From Calothrix sp. 336/3 (GTDB taxonomy: Bacteria > Cyanobacteriota > Cyanobacteriia > Cyanobacteriales > Nostocaceae): 32,000 nucleotides of DNA. A model generated the notes under the pieces. That model had not been told where the DNA came from. It made no database searches and saw only the letters and a program-made list of their open reading frames with translations. Position 1 is the stretch's first letter. Each line of letters opens with the position of its first letter. Below are positions 7,352 to 15,900 of the stretch, one piece after another. The position numbers and the translations under genes are program-made. The stretch is from NCBI RefSeq assembly GCF_000734895.2, contig NZ_CP011382.1, forward strand, positions 690,700 through 722,699, written 5' to 3'.

Positions 7352-9283
7352 GTGAAATTTGTCGGACGTGATGAAGAACTGGAAGAACTCCATAAACTTT
7401 TGCAAGAAAATAACCAAGTAGCCATTGCAGCTATTTTGGGAATGGGTGGACTGGGTAAAACAGAACTCGCCTTGCAATATGCCATGACTCAGCGCGAAAA
7501 CTACAAAGGTGGACTGTGCTGGTTACAGGCGAAAGTTGAGGATTTTGGCGTTCAAGTGGTGCAGTTTGCCAGAACTCAGCTTGATTTAAAGCCACCAGAA
7601 GATTTTGATTTACCTACACAAGTACAATACTGCTGGCGGAATTGGCGTGAGGGTAATGTGCTGCTGGTTGTGGATGATCTCACAGATTATCAGCAAATCA
7701 GACCTTACCTACAGGGCGCATCTTCCCGATTTAAAGTGTTGATGACTACCCGCAAAAAGTTGGGTGCAGGCATCAAGCAATTATCTTTAGATGTATTACA
7801 ACCAGATGCAGCGTTGGAGTTGTTACGGTCTTTGCTGGCAGAAACACCAGGGCGAATTGAGAGAGAATTAGATGTAGCAAAACAGTTGTGCGAATGGCTG
7901 GGGTATTTGCCTTTGGGTTTAGAGTTGGTGGGGCGATATCTGGCGCGGAAACAGGATTTATCCCTCTCGAAAATGATGCAGCGTTTAGAGAAAAAGCGAT
8001 TAGAACAAGATGCACTGGACAAGCCAGATGCTGATATGACAGCACAACGCGGAGTGCAAGCCGCCTTTGAGTTGAGTTGGGAGGACTTAGCAGAGGATGA
8101 TCAGTTATTAGGCTGTGTACTCAGTTTATTTGCAACCGCACCCATACCCTGGAACTTAGTAGAACAGTGCCTACCAGACAAAGACGAGGAAGATTTAGAA
8201 AAAATTCGAGATAATAAGCTGCTGTATCTGCATCTACTCCAGCGCAAAGGTGAAGGAATTTATCAACTACATCCCCTACTGCGGGAATTTTTCCAATCTA
8301 AGTTTACAGGTTTAGAGCAAGCAGAGGAATTTAAGCGATCGTTTTGTCAGGTAATGGTAGCAGTTGCTAAAAAAATTCCTGAGACTCCTACCCTTGAAGA
8401 AATTAACGCTGTTTCCCTTGCCATACCACACATAGCTGAAGTAGCAAACAATCTCATTCAATATGTCAGTGATGAAGATTTAATTTGGCATTTCGTTGGC
8501 TTGGCTAACTTCTATGAGGGACAAGGGTTATATACCCAAGCCGAACCTTGGAGAAAACAGTGTTTATCAACAGTACAAAACCGCTTGGGAGACAATCACT
8601 CCGATGTCGCCTCCAGCCTTAACAATTTGGCATATCTCTACAATTCCCAAGGAAAGTACGATCAAGCCGAACCTTTGTTTTTCCAAGCTTTAGAACTCAG
8701 ACAACGCCTGCTGGGAGAAAATCATCCCGATATCGCCTCCAGCCTTAACAATTTGGCATTACTCTACAATTCCCAAGGAAAGTACGATCAAGCCGAACCT
8801 TTGTTTTTCCAAGCTTTAGAACTCAGACAACGCCTGCTGGGAGAAAATCATCCCGATGTCGCCACCAGCCTTAACAACTTGGCATTACTCTACTATTCCC
8901 AAGGAAAGTACGATCAAGCCGAACCCCTGTTTCTCCAAGCGTTAGAACTCTATAAACGTCTGCTGGGAAACAATCATCCCCTTGTCGCCACCAGCCTCAA
9001 CAACTTGGCATATCTCTACAATTCCCAAGGAAAGTACGACCAAGCCGAACCCCTGTTTCTCCAAGCTTTAGAACTCAGACAACGCCTGCTGGGAGACAAT
9101 CATCCCCATTTCGCCCAAAGCCTTAACAACTTGGCATTACTCTATAATTCCCAAGGAAAGTACGACCAAGCTGAACCCTTGTTTCTCCAAGCTTTGAATA
9201 TTTTAGAGCGAAGTTTAGGAGAGAATCATCCTAATACTGTGAGAGTGCGTGAGAATTTAGCAGATTTACGCGATCATCTCTAA
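7352..9283 (+). CDS. NB-ARC (STAND) NTPase with C-terminal TPR repeats (NLR-like)
   Basis: FVGRDEEL lead-in, P-loop GMGGLGKT, Walker B LLVVDDL, LMTTR, and a GLPL-like motif YLPLGLELVG. Six 42-aa kinesin-light-chain-type TPR units follow (NLAxLYxSQGKYDQAEPLFxQAL...LGxNHP). The only available start is GTG 7352, right at the NB-ARC boundary. Confidence 0.9.
   Translation: MKFVGRDEELEELHKLLQENNQVAIAAILGMGGLGKTELALQYAMTQRENYKGGLCWLQAKVEDFGVQVVQFARTQLDLKPPEDFDLPTQVQYCWRNWREGNVLLVVDDLTDYQQIRPYLQGASSRFKVLMTTRKKLGAGIKQLSLDVLQPDAALELLRSLLAETPGRIERELDVAKQLCEWLGYLPLGLELVGRYLARKQDLSLSKMMQRLEKKRLEQDALDKPDADMTAQRGVQAAFELSWEDLAEDDQLLGCVLSLFATAPIPWNLVEQCLPDKDEEDLEKIRDNKLLYLHLLQRKGEGIYQLHPLLREFFQSKFTGLEQAEEFKRSFCQVMVAVAKKIPETPTLEEINAVSLAIPHIAEVANNLIQYVSDEDLIWHFVGLANFYEGQGLYTQAEPWRKQCLSTVQNRLGDNHSDVASSLNNLAYLYNSQGKYDQAEPLFFQALELRQRLLGENHPDIASSLNNLALLYNSQGKYDQAEPLFFQALELRQRLLGENHPDVATSLNNLALLYYSQGKYDQAEPLFLQALELYKRLLGNNHPLVATSLNNLAYLYNSQGKYDQAEPLFLQALELRQRLLGDNHPHFAQSLNNLALLYNSQGKYDQAEPLFLQALNILERSLGENHPNTVRVRENLADLRDHL
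8486..9241 (+). repeat. tandem 126-bp (42-codon) TPR-coding repeats: one diverged unit plus five near-identical units (8612, 8738, 8864, 8990, 9116)
   Basis: Direct reading of the sequence. Units 8612-8737 and 8738-8863 differ at 3 of 126 nt. Confidence 0.9.
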
Positions 9284-9363
9284 TGAGAACAGGAAAATTT
9301 ACCTTTTCCAGCCTACGTGATTGTGGTTGAATTTAGTACACCCCTTTGTTTTGTGGCGAGAAA

Positions 9364-9756
9364 ATGAGTCAAATTCAAGAAAAACACACTACTGCAATGG
9401 ATTTGGCAGAAGCTGCGATAGTCGCCAAGCTTCGGGGTGACTTAGAACAAGCGTCCTTGCTTACCCGACAAGCATTTGAAAATGAACTAGCCGCAGCAGA
9501 ATTAATTGTTAATCAATTAGATGCTGAACCCACTCGCTCGATTTTGCATCGTAGTGCGGCAACTCTGGCGATCGATTGTGGAGAGTTGAAAATAGCGGAA
9601 CGTTTGATTGCAACAGCTTTATCTGGAAATCCTCCTGAAGAAATTGCCTCCCAATTGAAGGATTTGTTTATACAAATTAATTTACACCCTTACTTACAGC
9701 GTCGCGGCATAAATATTGATGACGAGCAAATAAGGGAATTCCAAATAAAAAAATAA
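9364..9756 (+). CDS. hypothetical helical protein (130 aa) directly downstream of the NLR-like gene
   Basis: ORF in the track; I prefer ATG 9364 (MSQIQEKH...) over TTG 9346. Ala/Leu/Glu-rich, with no recognised family. Confidence 0.5.
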   Translation: MSQIQEKHTTAMDLAEAAIVAKLRGDLEQASLLTRQAFENELAAAELIVNQLDAEPTRSILHRSAATLAIDCGELKIAERLIATALSGNPPEEIASQLKDLFIQINLHPYLQRRGINIDDEQIREFQIKK

Positions 9757-9770
9757 ACAATTGCTGTGTA

Positions 9771-9804
9771 AGCAGGGGAGCAGGGGAGCAGGGAGCAGGG
9801 AGCA
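9771..9804. repeat. short tandem repeat AGCAGGG(G), about 4 units (STRR-like)
   Basis: agcagggg agcagggg agcaggg agcaggg agca, read directly. Confidence 0.8.
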
Positions 9805-9933
9805 TTTTGGATTCCGCGTAGCGGTGGTGTAACGCAGGAATAAATGTCATGATATTGCTAGTACGTCAATACTGGAGATAAAACTACGGTTTACGCACGT
9901 CCCTTAGCAAGATTAATTGAGCAGTTACAACGC

Positions 9934-10482
9934 TTGCCGGGAGTTGGTCCAAAAACTGCTCAGAGATTAGCATTACATATTCTCAAGCGTCCTGAAGCGG
10001 AAATTGAAGCTTTAGCACAGGCTTTAATTGATGCTAAACAACAAATCGGTTTGTGTCAGGTTTGTTTTCATCTATCTGCCGAACCTGTATGTGAAATTTG
10101 CCGTAATCCTAGCCGCGATCGCAGTACTATGTGCGTAGTGGCAGACTCCCGTGACTTAATAGCTCTAGAGAAAACCAGAGAATTCAAAGGTAAATATCAC
10201 GTTTTAGGTGGAGTCATCTCCCCAATCGATGGTATTGGTCCAGAACAGTTGACAATTCAAGCATTAGTCAGACGGGTGAGCAAGGAACAACCCAGGGAAG
10301 TAATACTAGCAATTACTCCCAGCGTGGAAGGGGAAACCACCACCTTATATATAGGTCAATTATTAAAACCCTTTACCAAAGTGACTCGCATCGCCTTTGG
10401 TTTACCAGTGGGTGGTGATTTAGAATATGCAGATGAGATAACTTTGGCACGAGCTTTGGAAGGAAGACGGGAATTAGATTAG
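9934..10482 (+). CDS. recR: recombination protein RecR
   Basis: HhH motif [18 protein letters not shown]4 zinc finger [18 protein letters not shown], and Toprim and C-terminal regions. The track starts at TTG 9934, but the conserved N-terminus ([15 protein letters not shown]) is encoded in frame upstream, from about 9889, with no canonical start codon. Confidence 0.9.
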   Translation: MPGVGPKTAQRLALHILKRPEAEIEALAQALIDAKQQIGLCQVCFHLSAEPVCEICRNPSRDRSTMCVVADSRDLIALEKTREFKGKYHVLGGVISPIDGIGPEQLTIQALVRRVSKEQPREVILAITPSVEGETTTLYIGQLLKPFTKVTRIAFGLPVGGDLEYADEITLARALEGRRELD

Positions 10483-11084
10483 GGATTAGTCAACACCTTT
10501 ACAGGTAAGACTTCCTCTAAACCTTGCTCCCCTACCAATCGTTGATAATGCTCGCGATCGCGGTATTTCAAAATTCTCATCGGTTGATTGCCGGCGATCG
10601 CCAAGGGTTCAACATCCCGACTCACAACCGTACCTGCTGCAATAATTGCCCCATCCCCAATTGTCACCCCCGGAACAATCAGAACATTACTACCAATCCA
10701 CACATTCCGACCAACAATGACGGGTTTATGAATATAAACATTATGCTCGTAGGGCAAAGCATTACTCTGATAATCGTGGTTTGCAGATAAAATCACCACG
10801 TTACAACCAAGAGTCGTATTATCTCCAATGGTAATCCCACCACGACCATCTAACAAAACATTGGGACCAACATAAATTTTCTCTCCCAGAGATACATTTT
10901 CTGGATGCTCAATGCGCAACTCCCGTTTAAACCGCACACCCACACCACAAAACTTCAATCGTCCTTTGATTTGTTGATGTTGATAGCGTCTAATCTTACC
11001 TTGCCACTCCTCCAACCACTGCACTAAACGCGGTATCAAAAGTTGCTCGAATTTATGGGCAATTTTATGACGAATTCCTCTCAT
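10479..11084 (-). CDS. hexapeptide-repeat (left-handed beta-helix) acyl/acetyltransferase
   Basis: Repeated [LIV]-G-x4 hexapeptides: [28 protein letters not shown]...[33 protein letters not shown]. Its 3' end overlaps the 3' end of recR by 4 bp (convergent). Confidence 0.8.
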   Translation of the reverse strand: MRGIRHKIAHKFEQLLIPRLVQWLEEWQGKIRRYQHQQIKGRLKFCGVGVRFKRELRIEHPENVSLGEKIYVGPNVLLDGRGGITIGDNTTLGCNVVILSANHDYQSNALPYEHNVYIHKPVIVGRNVWIGSNVLIVPGVTIGDGAIIAAGTVVSRDVEPLAIAGNQPMRILKYRDREHYQRLVGEQGLEEVLPVKVLTNP

Positions 11085-11311
11085 AGATTTTTCTCAAGAT
11101 ATTATTCATATATTAATTGTTACTTAAATTTAGCCAGACATTACGGATGTTGTGTCAGTGAATACCCTGCTTTTCTGAATTGCTGGCAATATTTTTTACC
11201 ACTGTCTTGATTCTGCCTTCTACCCTCGATATTGGTGCAGGTTGTTTTCCCTTGTCAATAAATACTTGGTAGCCTTATAATAAGCGAGCTAAGTAATTTA
11301 TCTCGAATTTC

Positions 11312-11851
11312 ATGAAAAGATTAACGGTTAAGCAAAGAAACTGGTTGTTATCTTTCCATATCGCTTTTGGGGGAATTTGGTTAGGAACTGCATTATGTAT
11401 GGTGTTACTTGCTTGGAATAATCGTTACACCAGCAATGGAGATGAGCTATATACAATCAATCGCATATTAAAATTGCTCGATGATTTTGTGATTATCCCC
11501 GCAGCCAACTTATCCTTACTAACTGGTGGTTTATTATGCTGGTTAACCGCTTGGGGATTTTTCAAACATTACTGGGTAATTACAAAGTGGGTAGCAACCA
11601 TCACTCTGATTACAGTTGGTACCATTTGGTTAGGACCTTGGGTCAACGCCATGACCGCAATTTCCGCAACAGATAGGATAAAAGCACTACAAAATCCCTT
11701 GTATGTATTTGATAACCAGGGAGTTTTCTATGGTGGAATGGTGCAAACTGCTTTTGTATTGGCAATTGTGGTGATTTCCGTTGTCAAACCTTGGGGTAAG
11801 CGAAAAGTAAAACAGGAAGAACAGAAACCAGCGACAGTATCTGAGAGTTAA
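11312..11851 (+). CDS. integral membrane protein, about 4 TM helices, unknown function
   Basis: Four hydrophobic segments (e.g. WLLSFHIAFGGIWLGTALCMVLL, VATITLITVGTIWLG). No family confidently recognised. Confidence 0.6.
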   Translation: MKRLTVKQRNWLLSFHIAFGGIWLGTALCMVLLAWNNRYTSNGDELYTINRILKLLDDFVIIPAANLSLLTGGLLCWLTAWGFFKHYWVITKWVATITLITVGTIWLGPWVNAMTAISATDRIKALQNPLYVFDNQGVFYGGMVQTAFVLAIVVISVVKPWGKRKVKQEEQKPATVSES

Positions 11852-11986
11852 ACCTGCTCACAAGTAATTTGAAATAAATACCATACAAAAAATATGGCAG
11901 AAATCAAGGGCAATTCCCTGTAGAGTTAGGGTATGCTGACGAGACTTTACAGGGATTTACCAATGGTAAGCAAACAATAGAAAAAC

Positions 11987-12277
11987 TTAATCAGCGTTGA
12001 GAATTTTTGGTACTTTGAAAAACTCCCCTTCCTGTTCCGGTGCGCTTTGCAGAATTGCTTCCCGTTCGGGGTAGGGTTTTAAATCATCCCTACGGGTAAT
12101 ATTACTCACATCAATTGCTCGTGTAGTCGGTTCGACATTACTAACATCTAACTCATTCATTTGCTCAACGTAATCCAAGATACTCACCAACTGAGTAGTA
12201 AATTGCTCCTCTTCCTGGGAAGTCAATTGTAAACGTGCTAAGTGGGCGACTTTTTTTACTTGTTCGCGGTCAATCAT
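11987..12277 (-). CDS. gatC: Asp-tRNA(Asn)/Glu-tRNA(Gln) amidotransferase subunit C
   Basis: 96 aa with the typical GatC N-terminus [26 protein letters not shown] and the C-terminal F.VPKIL motif. Confidence 0.9.
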   Translation of the reverse strand: MIDREQVKKVAHLARLQLTSQEEEQFTTQLVSILDYVEQMNELDVSNVEPTTRAIDVSNITRRDDLKPYPEREAILQSAPEQEGEFFKVPKILNAD

Positions 12278-12327
12278 GGGATATGGGTAATAAGTAATAG
12301 GTAATGGGTTTGACTAGCCACTACTGA

Positions 12328-12849
12328 CTAAAAGAATATATCAACTTGCATTCTACCTGTGGTTTTTAACCAGTTTTGGGCTTCGATGTAGTTATTAGGA
12401 GCCATACGAATTGCTCGAATCCAATAGTCAGCAGCTTGATCTAACAGTGCTTCCCCTCCATCTGCATCACCCTCTTCCTTGGCTTTTTCACCTTGGTAAT
12501 GATAAATCACAGCGATATTATTTAACGCTTGGGGAAGACGAGGATTTGACTCTATAGCTTGATGGTACAACTCTAAAGCTTTGGTATGGTCGCCGTTACT
12601 AGCATATATTAGCCCCATGTTGTAGAGAATATAACTGCGATCGTTGCTGTCTTGCTCCAATGTCAAAGCTTCATTGTAATAATCTAAAGCTTCTGCATAC
12701 TCACCCTCGGTTTGCGCTGACATCCCATCCCGATAATAGACAAAAGCTTCCTTCGCTTTTTTGTTTGTCGGTAGCAGTTTGAGAATCAAATCTGCCATGA
12801 CGGTAAAAGACTTATCGATAAAATTATCGTTTTTCTGGGTTCTTGGCAT
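12328..12849 (-). CDS. ycf3: photosystem I assembly protein Ycf3 (TPR)
   Basis: [27 protein letters not shown]..., three TPR units, and C-terminal [14 protein letters not shown]. This closely matches the Ycf3 sequence pattern. Confidence 0.95.
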   Translation of the reverse strand: MPRTQKNDNFIDKSFTVMADLILKLLPTNKKAKEAFVYYRDGMSAQTEGEYAEALDYYNEALTLEQDSNDRSYILYNMGLIYASNGDHTKALELYHQAIESNPRLPQALNNIAVIYHYQGEKAKEEGDADGGEALLDQAADYWIRAIRMAPNNYIEAQNWLKTTGRMQVDIFF

Positions 12850-12906
12850 GACTTTGATGTAAATAAATGTAACTAAATGTTCTTATTTAGGGCTGTCATT
12901 GGCGAT

Positions 12907-12993
12907 CGCCGCTTCGGGGGAGCGTAGCTCTATCGCCACTTCGGGGGAGCGTAGCTCTATCGCCACTTCGGGGGAGCGTAGCTCTATCGCCAC
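12907..12993. repeat. 27-bp tandem repeat, 3.2 copies (cgccRcttcgggggagcgtagctctat)
   Basis: Units at 12907-12933, 12934-12960 and 12961-12987, plus a partial unit at 12988-12993. Copies 2 and 3 are identical and copy 1 differs at 1 nt. There are no spacers. A HIP1 site flanks it. Confidence 0.9.
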
Positions 12994-13034
12994 AATTAAC
13001 TATTACCCATTAGTTAATTTAACTGATTTATGCC

Positions 13035-13709
13035 TTAATTTTCCGTTCCCAAGGGTGCAATACAATCTGCACTATTATGTTTAGGGCTATTTACCAGTTT
13101 ACTAACTGGATAAGCAATCATCTCGGAGGTGGGATAGGGCTGCAATAATGATTGGAGAGTCTCAAGACTTGTTATCTGGGGGTCTAACCAGAGAGAGTAA
13201 TCCTCTGGGGGGATAATTACAGGCATCCGGTGATGCACTGGCTTTAATAATTCGTTAGCTTCCGTGGTAACTATGGTGCAAGAAAAGACCTCTTCCTGCG
13301 TTGGAGATGTCCACTTCTCCCATAATCCCGCAAAAGCAAAGGGTTGTTGTCCCGACAGATGAAAATAATAGGGTTGCTTTGTACCTGCTTGCCATTCATA
13401 GAACCCATCCGCAACTACTAAACAGCGACGACGCTGAAACGCAGTCCGAAAAGATGGTTTTTCTGTTAGGGTTTCCCCCCTAGCATTAATCAACCTTGTT
13501 CCGATAGTTCTGTCCTTTGCCCAAGCAGGTATTAACCCCCAACGTAAATATTTAAATTCTCGTTGATTATTATCTAAATTATACACAATTGCTAATAGCA
13601 TTTGCGTAGGTGCAATATTATATTGTGGCGTAAAATTAACTGTTTTTGCTATTCCCAAAACCTGAGAAATAGTGACAGGACTTACACTTAAAGTGAATCT
13701 TCCACACAT
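13035..13709 (-). CDS. SOS response-associated peptidase (SRAP/YedK, abasic-site processing)
   Basis: Diagnostic N-terminus MCGRF with catalytic Cys2, the NIAPTQ motif, and ADGFYEW. Confidence 0.9.
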   Translation of the reverse strand: MCGRFTLSVSPVTISQVLGIAKTVNFTPQYNIAPTQMLLAIVYNLDNNQREFKYLRWGLIPAWAKDRTIGTRLINARGETLTEKPSFRTAFQRRRCLVVADGFYEWQAGTKQPYYFHLSGQQPFAFAGLWEKWTSPTQEEVFSCTIVTTEANELLKPVHHRMPVIIPPEDYSLWLDPQITSLETLQSLLQPYPTSEMIAYPVSKLVNSPKHNSADCIAPLGTEN

Positions 13710-13927
13710 TCTTAATACCCCCTAATTGCGCTATACCAAACGTCAAAATTGAGATATAAATAATACACTTATGGCTTAATCGATTTTTTTCTGATTACAA
13801 ATAATTCTGATATTTCTCAAAAAATATGTATTTATCAAAAAATGATTTCACAGATTCGTTTTCTTGAACTATTATTGTATTTTAATTCATCATGATGATT
13901 GACAACCCTCATCTCCAAAAAATTAGC

Positions 13928-14563
13928 ATGGAATCCCTCCGATTGTACGATTTTTTACCTTCTGGCAATGGCTATAAAATTCGTCTTTTGCTAACACAAA
14001 TTGGTGTACCATTTGAGAGAGTAGAGGTAGATATACTCAAGGGAGAGAGTCGGACACCGGAATTTTTAAGTAAAAATTCTAACGGTAGAGTTCCAGTTTT
14101 AGAAATAGAACCAGGAAAATACCTGTCAGAATCGAATGCTATTTTGATATACCTGAGCGAAGGTACAGAATTTCTACCCTATGAACCTTTCTTGAGAGCG
14201 CAAGTGTTTCAATGGTTGTTTTTTGAACAGTACAGCCATGAACCTTACATTGCCACATCACGATTTTGGACATCGATTCTAGCAGAACCAGATAAATATC
14301 AAGATGCGCTGATGCAAAAACGTGAACCCGGTTATGCAGCTTTAAAAGTGATGGAGTCCCATTTAAAAGTTCATAATTTTTTTGTAGCAGAACGTTATAC
14401 TATTGCGGATATTGCATTATTTGCCTACACCCATGTTGCAGATGAGGGTGGTTTTGATTTAACGCAATTTCCAGCCATTGAAGCGTGGATAGCTAGGGTA
14501 AAATCACAACCAAGCTATATCAGTATTACTGAGGATATTTTATCAGCAGTGGAATATGCTTAA
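13928..14563 (+). CDS. glutathione S-transferase family protein
   Basis: N-terminal thioredoxin-like domain (LRLYDFLPSGNGYKIRLLL...NSNGRVPVLE...LSESNAILIYL) and a helical C-domain. I prefer ATG 13928; the track start is 13892. Confidence 0.8.
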   Translation: MESLRLYDFLPSGNGYKIRLLLTQIGVPFERVEVDILKGESRTPEFLSKNSNGRVPVLEIEPGKYLSESNAILIYLSEGTEFLPYEPFLRAQVFQWLFFEQYSHEPYIATSRFWTSILAEPDKYQDALMQKREPGYAALKVMESHLKVHNFFVAERYTIADIALFAYTHVADEGGFDLTQFPAIEAWIARVKSQPSYISITEDILSAVEYA

Positions 14564-14653
14564 TGAATGTAGGAAATTGGCTATAGGATGGAAAATAATC
14601 AATCATGATTTTCATGGATGACTTATTTCTCAGCATCTACCAAAGTCCAAAAA

Positions 14654-14878
14654 TCATTCGATATCTATTTCCACTAACTTTATCCGGGATGCAGTTCCTA
14701 ACTTGATATGAACATGAGATTTGGGAACAGAAAACTTTTCTGCCAGGATTTTAATTAGTTCTGCATTGGCTTTACCATCAACCGGTGATGATTTTAAATG
14801 AACCGTTAGACTCCCATCAGCAGCTTCTTGAATTTTCTGAACTTTGGAGTTTGGCTTAACTTTTACTTGTTTTTGCAT
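14654..14878 (-). CDS. DUF167 (YggU/UPF0235) family protein
   Basis: Motif [40 protein letters not shown]. Confidence 0.75.
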   Translation of the reverse strand: MQKQVKVKPNSKVQKIQEAADGSLTVHLKSSPVDGKANAELIKILAEKFSVPKSHVHIKLGTASRIKLVEIDIE

Positions 14879-15272
14879 TTGCCTGTGGGGATAACATTCG
14901 TAACCACAACCAACCTAAAATACATCCTATAAGATAATGGGGAAAATCCCACCAAGTAAAGGTTGTTCCGAGTAATGTTTTGCCAATAAATGTAGCACGA
15001 AATTGTTGTAATAATGGGAGATGCCAGAGTTGTAAAAATTCGATGAGAGCAGTAGCGATGAATACCCATATAGGGATAGTAATTATTGCTCGTTGACTAC
15101 GAAAAAAACAAAAGGCGAATAAACACCAAAATATTTCATAAAAAATAGCTGCTCCAGAATTATTGAACCATTCCTGGGCAAAACCATTGTAGTACTTCAA
15201 GGCAAAGCCCAAAATTGTGACAAATAGTAAGGAAATGGCAATGTAAATATTTTGGCGAGATTTGGCACTCAT
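14856..15272 (-). CDS. small integral membrane protein (DUF2809-like)
   Basis: Four hydrophobic helices and a C-terminal [15 protein letters not shown] motif. It overlaps the downstream DUF167 gene by 23 nt. Confidence 0.55.
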   Translation of the reverse strand: MSAKSRQNIYIAISLLFVTILGFALKYYNGFAQEWFNNSGAAIFYEIFWCLFAFCFFRSQRAIITIPIWVFIATALIEFLQLWHLPLLQQFRATFIGKTLLGTTFTWWDFPHYLIGCILGWLWLRMLSPQANAKTSKS

Positions 15273-15511
15273 ATTTCTGGCAATGTAGGGTTAATCGATG
15301 TTTTGTTGAAAGATGATTAGAGACACATAATGGAATGGAATAAATCGCTTCATGTTAATAGTGTCCACAAAATTTGATTTACTATTTTAGCTGTGCTAGC
15401 ACAGTGGAGTAAAAGGAATGATGCATAAATAGACTATTGTGAAGTTGCCTGATAAATTGCTCTGGGCAGGTAATATGGTTAATTCATAAGCAAAGTCTAA
15501 TCGACAAAATT

Positions 15512-15559
15512 AGCTGTGTCATCGTAGTCGAAGGTGTTAGCAGCACACAGCTTTTTTTT
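15512..15559 (+). terminator. orphan terminator-like hairpin followed by T8
   Basis: agctgtgt (15512-15519) pairs with acacagct (15545-15552), and a T8 run follows at 15552-15559. The loop is long (25 nt). No plus-strand ORF lies upstream of it. Confidence 0.4.
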
Positions 15560-15900
15560 AGGATGTACTGCGCTCCGAAAATCTCACCTATTTAGTATGG
15601 CAATTAATCCTACCTGATAACGATTCCGAGAATTATTGCCACCCACAAATCTGTCAAGATATTCTGACAGTAAATTGCAACGGTTTAAATAAAATACAAA
15701 TTAGGGCAAACCCTTCATTATCCTCGCACCCCAGATGTATTTGACTCAAATGAGAACTGCTATATCTTTGTCAATTGGTATTGATAGCAAGTTGCCTTCT
15801 GTCGTAGTAGTTTCAGGATAATGAGATTGCTTCCCTCCGGAGAATACTAACTCTGACAGCAAATTAGTATGAGTTGTGAAAATACTTACCCAAACCCTTC

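Noticed and set aside
12907-12993. Possible CRISPR array
   Set aside because: The repeats are directly adjacent with no spacers, there are only about 3 copies, and no cas genes are present in the window.
12899-13084. 61-aa ORF with a SGERSSIAT x3 repeat
   Set aside because: It is an artefact of translating the 27-bp tandem repeat, whose unit length is divisible by three. It also overlaps the 3' end of the SRAP gene.
15836-15841. TCCGGA hexamer (DIF+-like heterocyst promoter motif) about 60 nt upstream of the fusion-gene ATG
   Set aside because: The palindromic hexamer also occurs elsewhere in the window (e.g. inside exbB, the tonB-like gene and near 24548), so chance occurrence is likely. 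The spacing to a convincing -10 box is poor. It would be worth testing only if TSS data become available.
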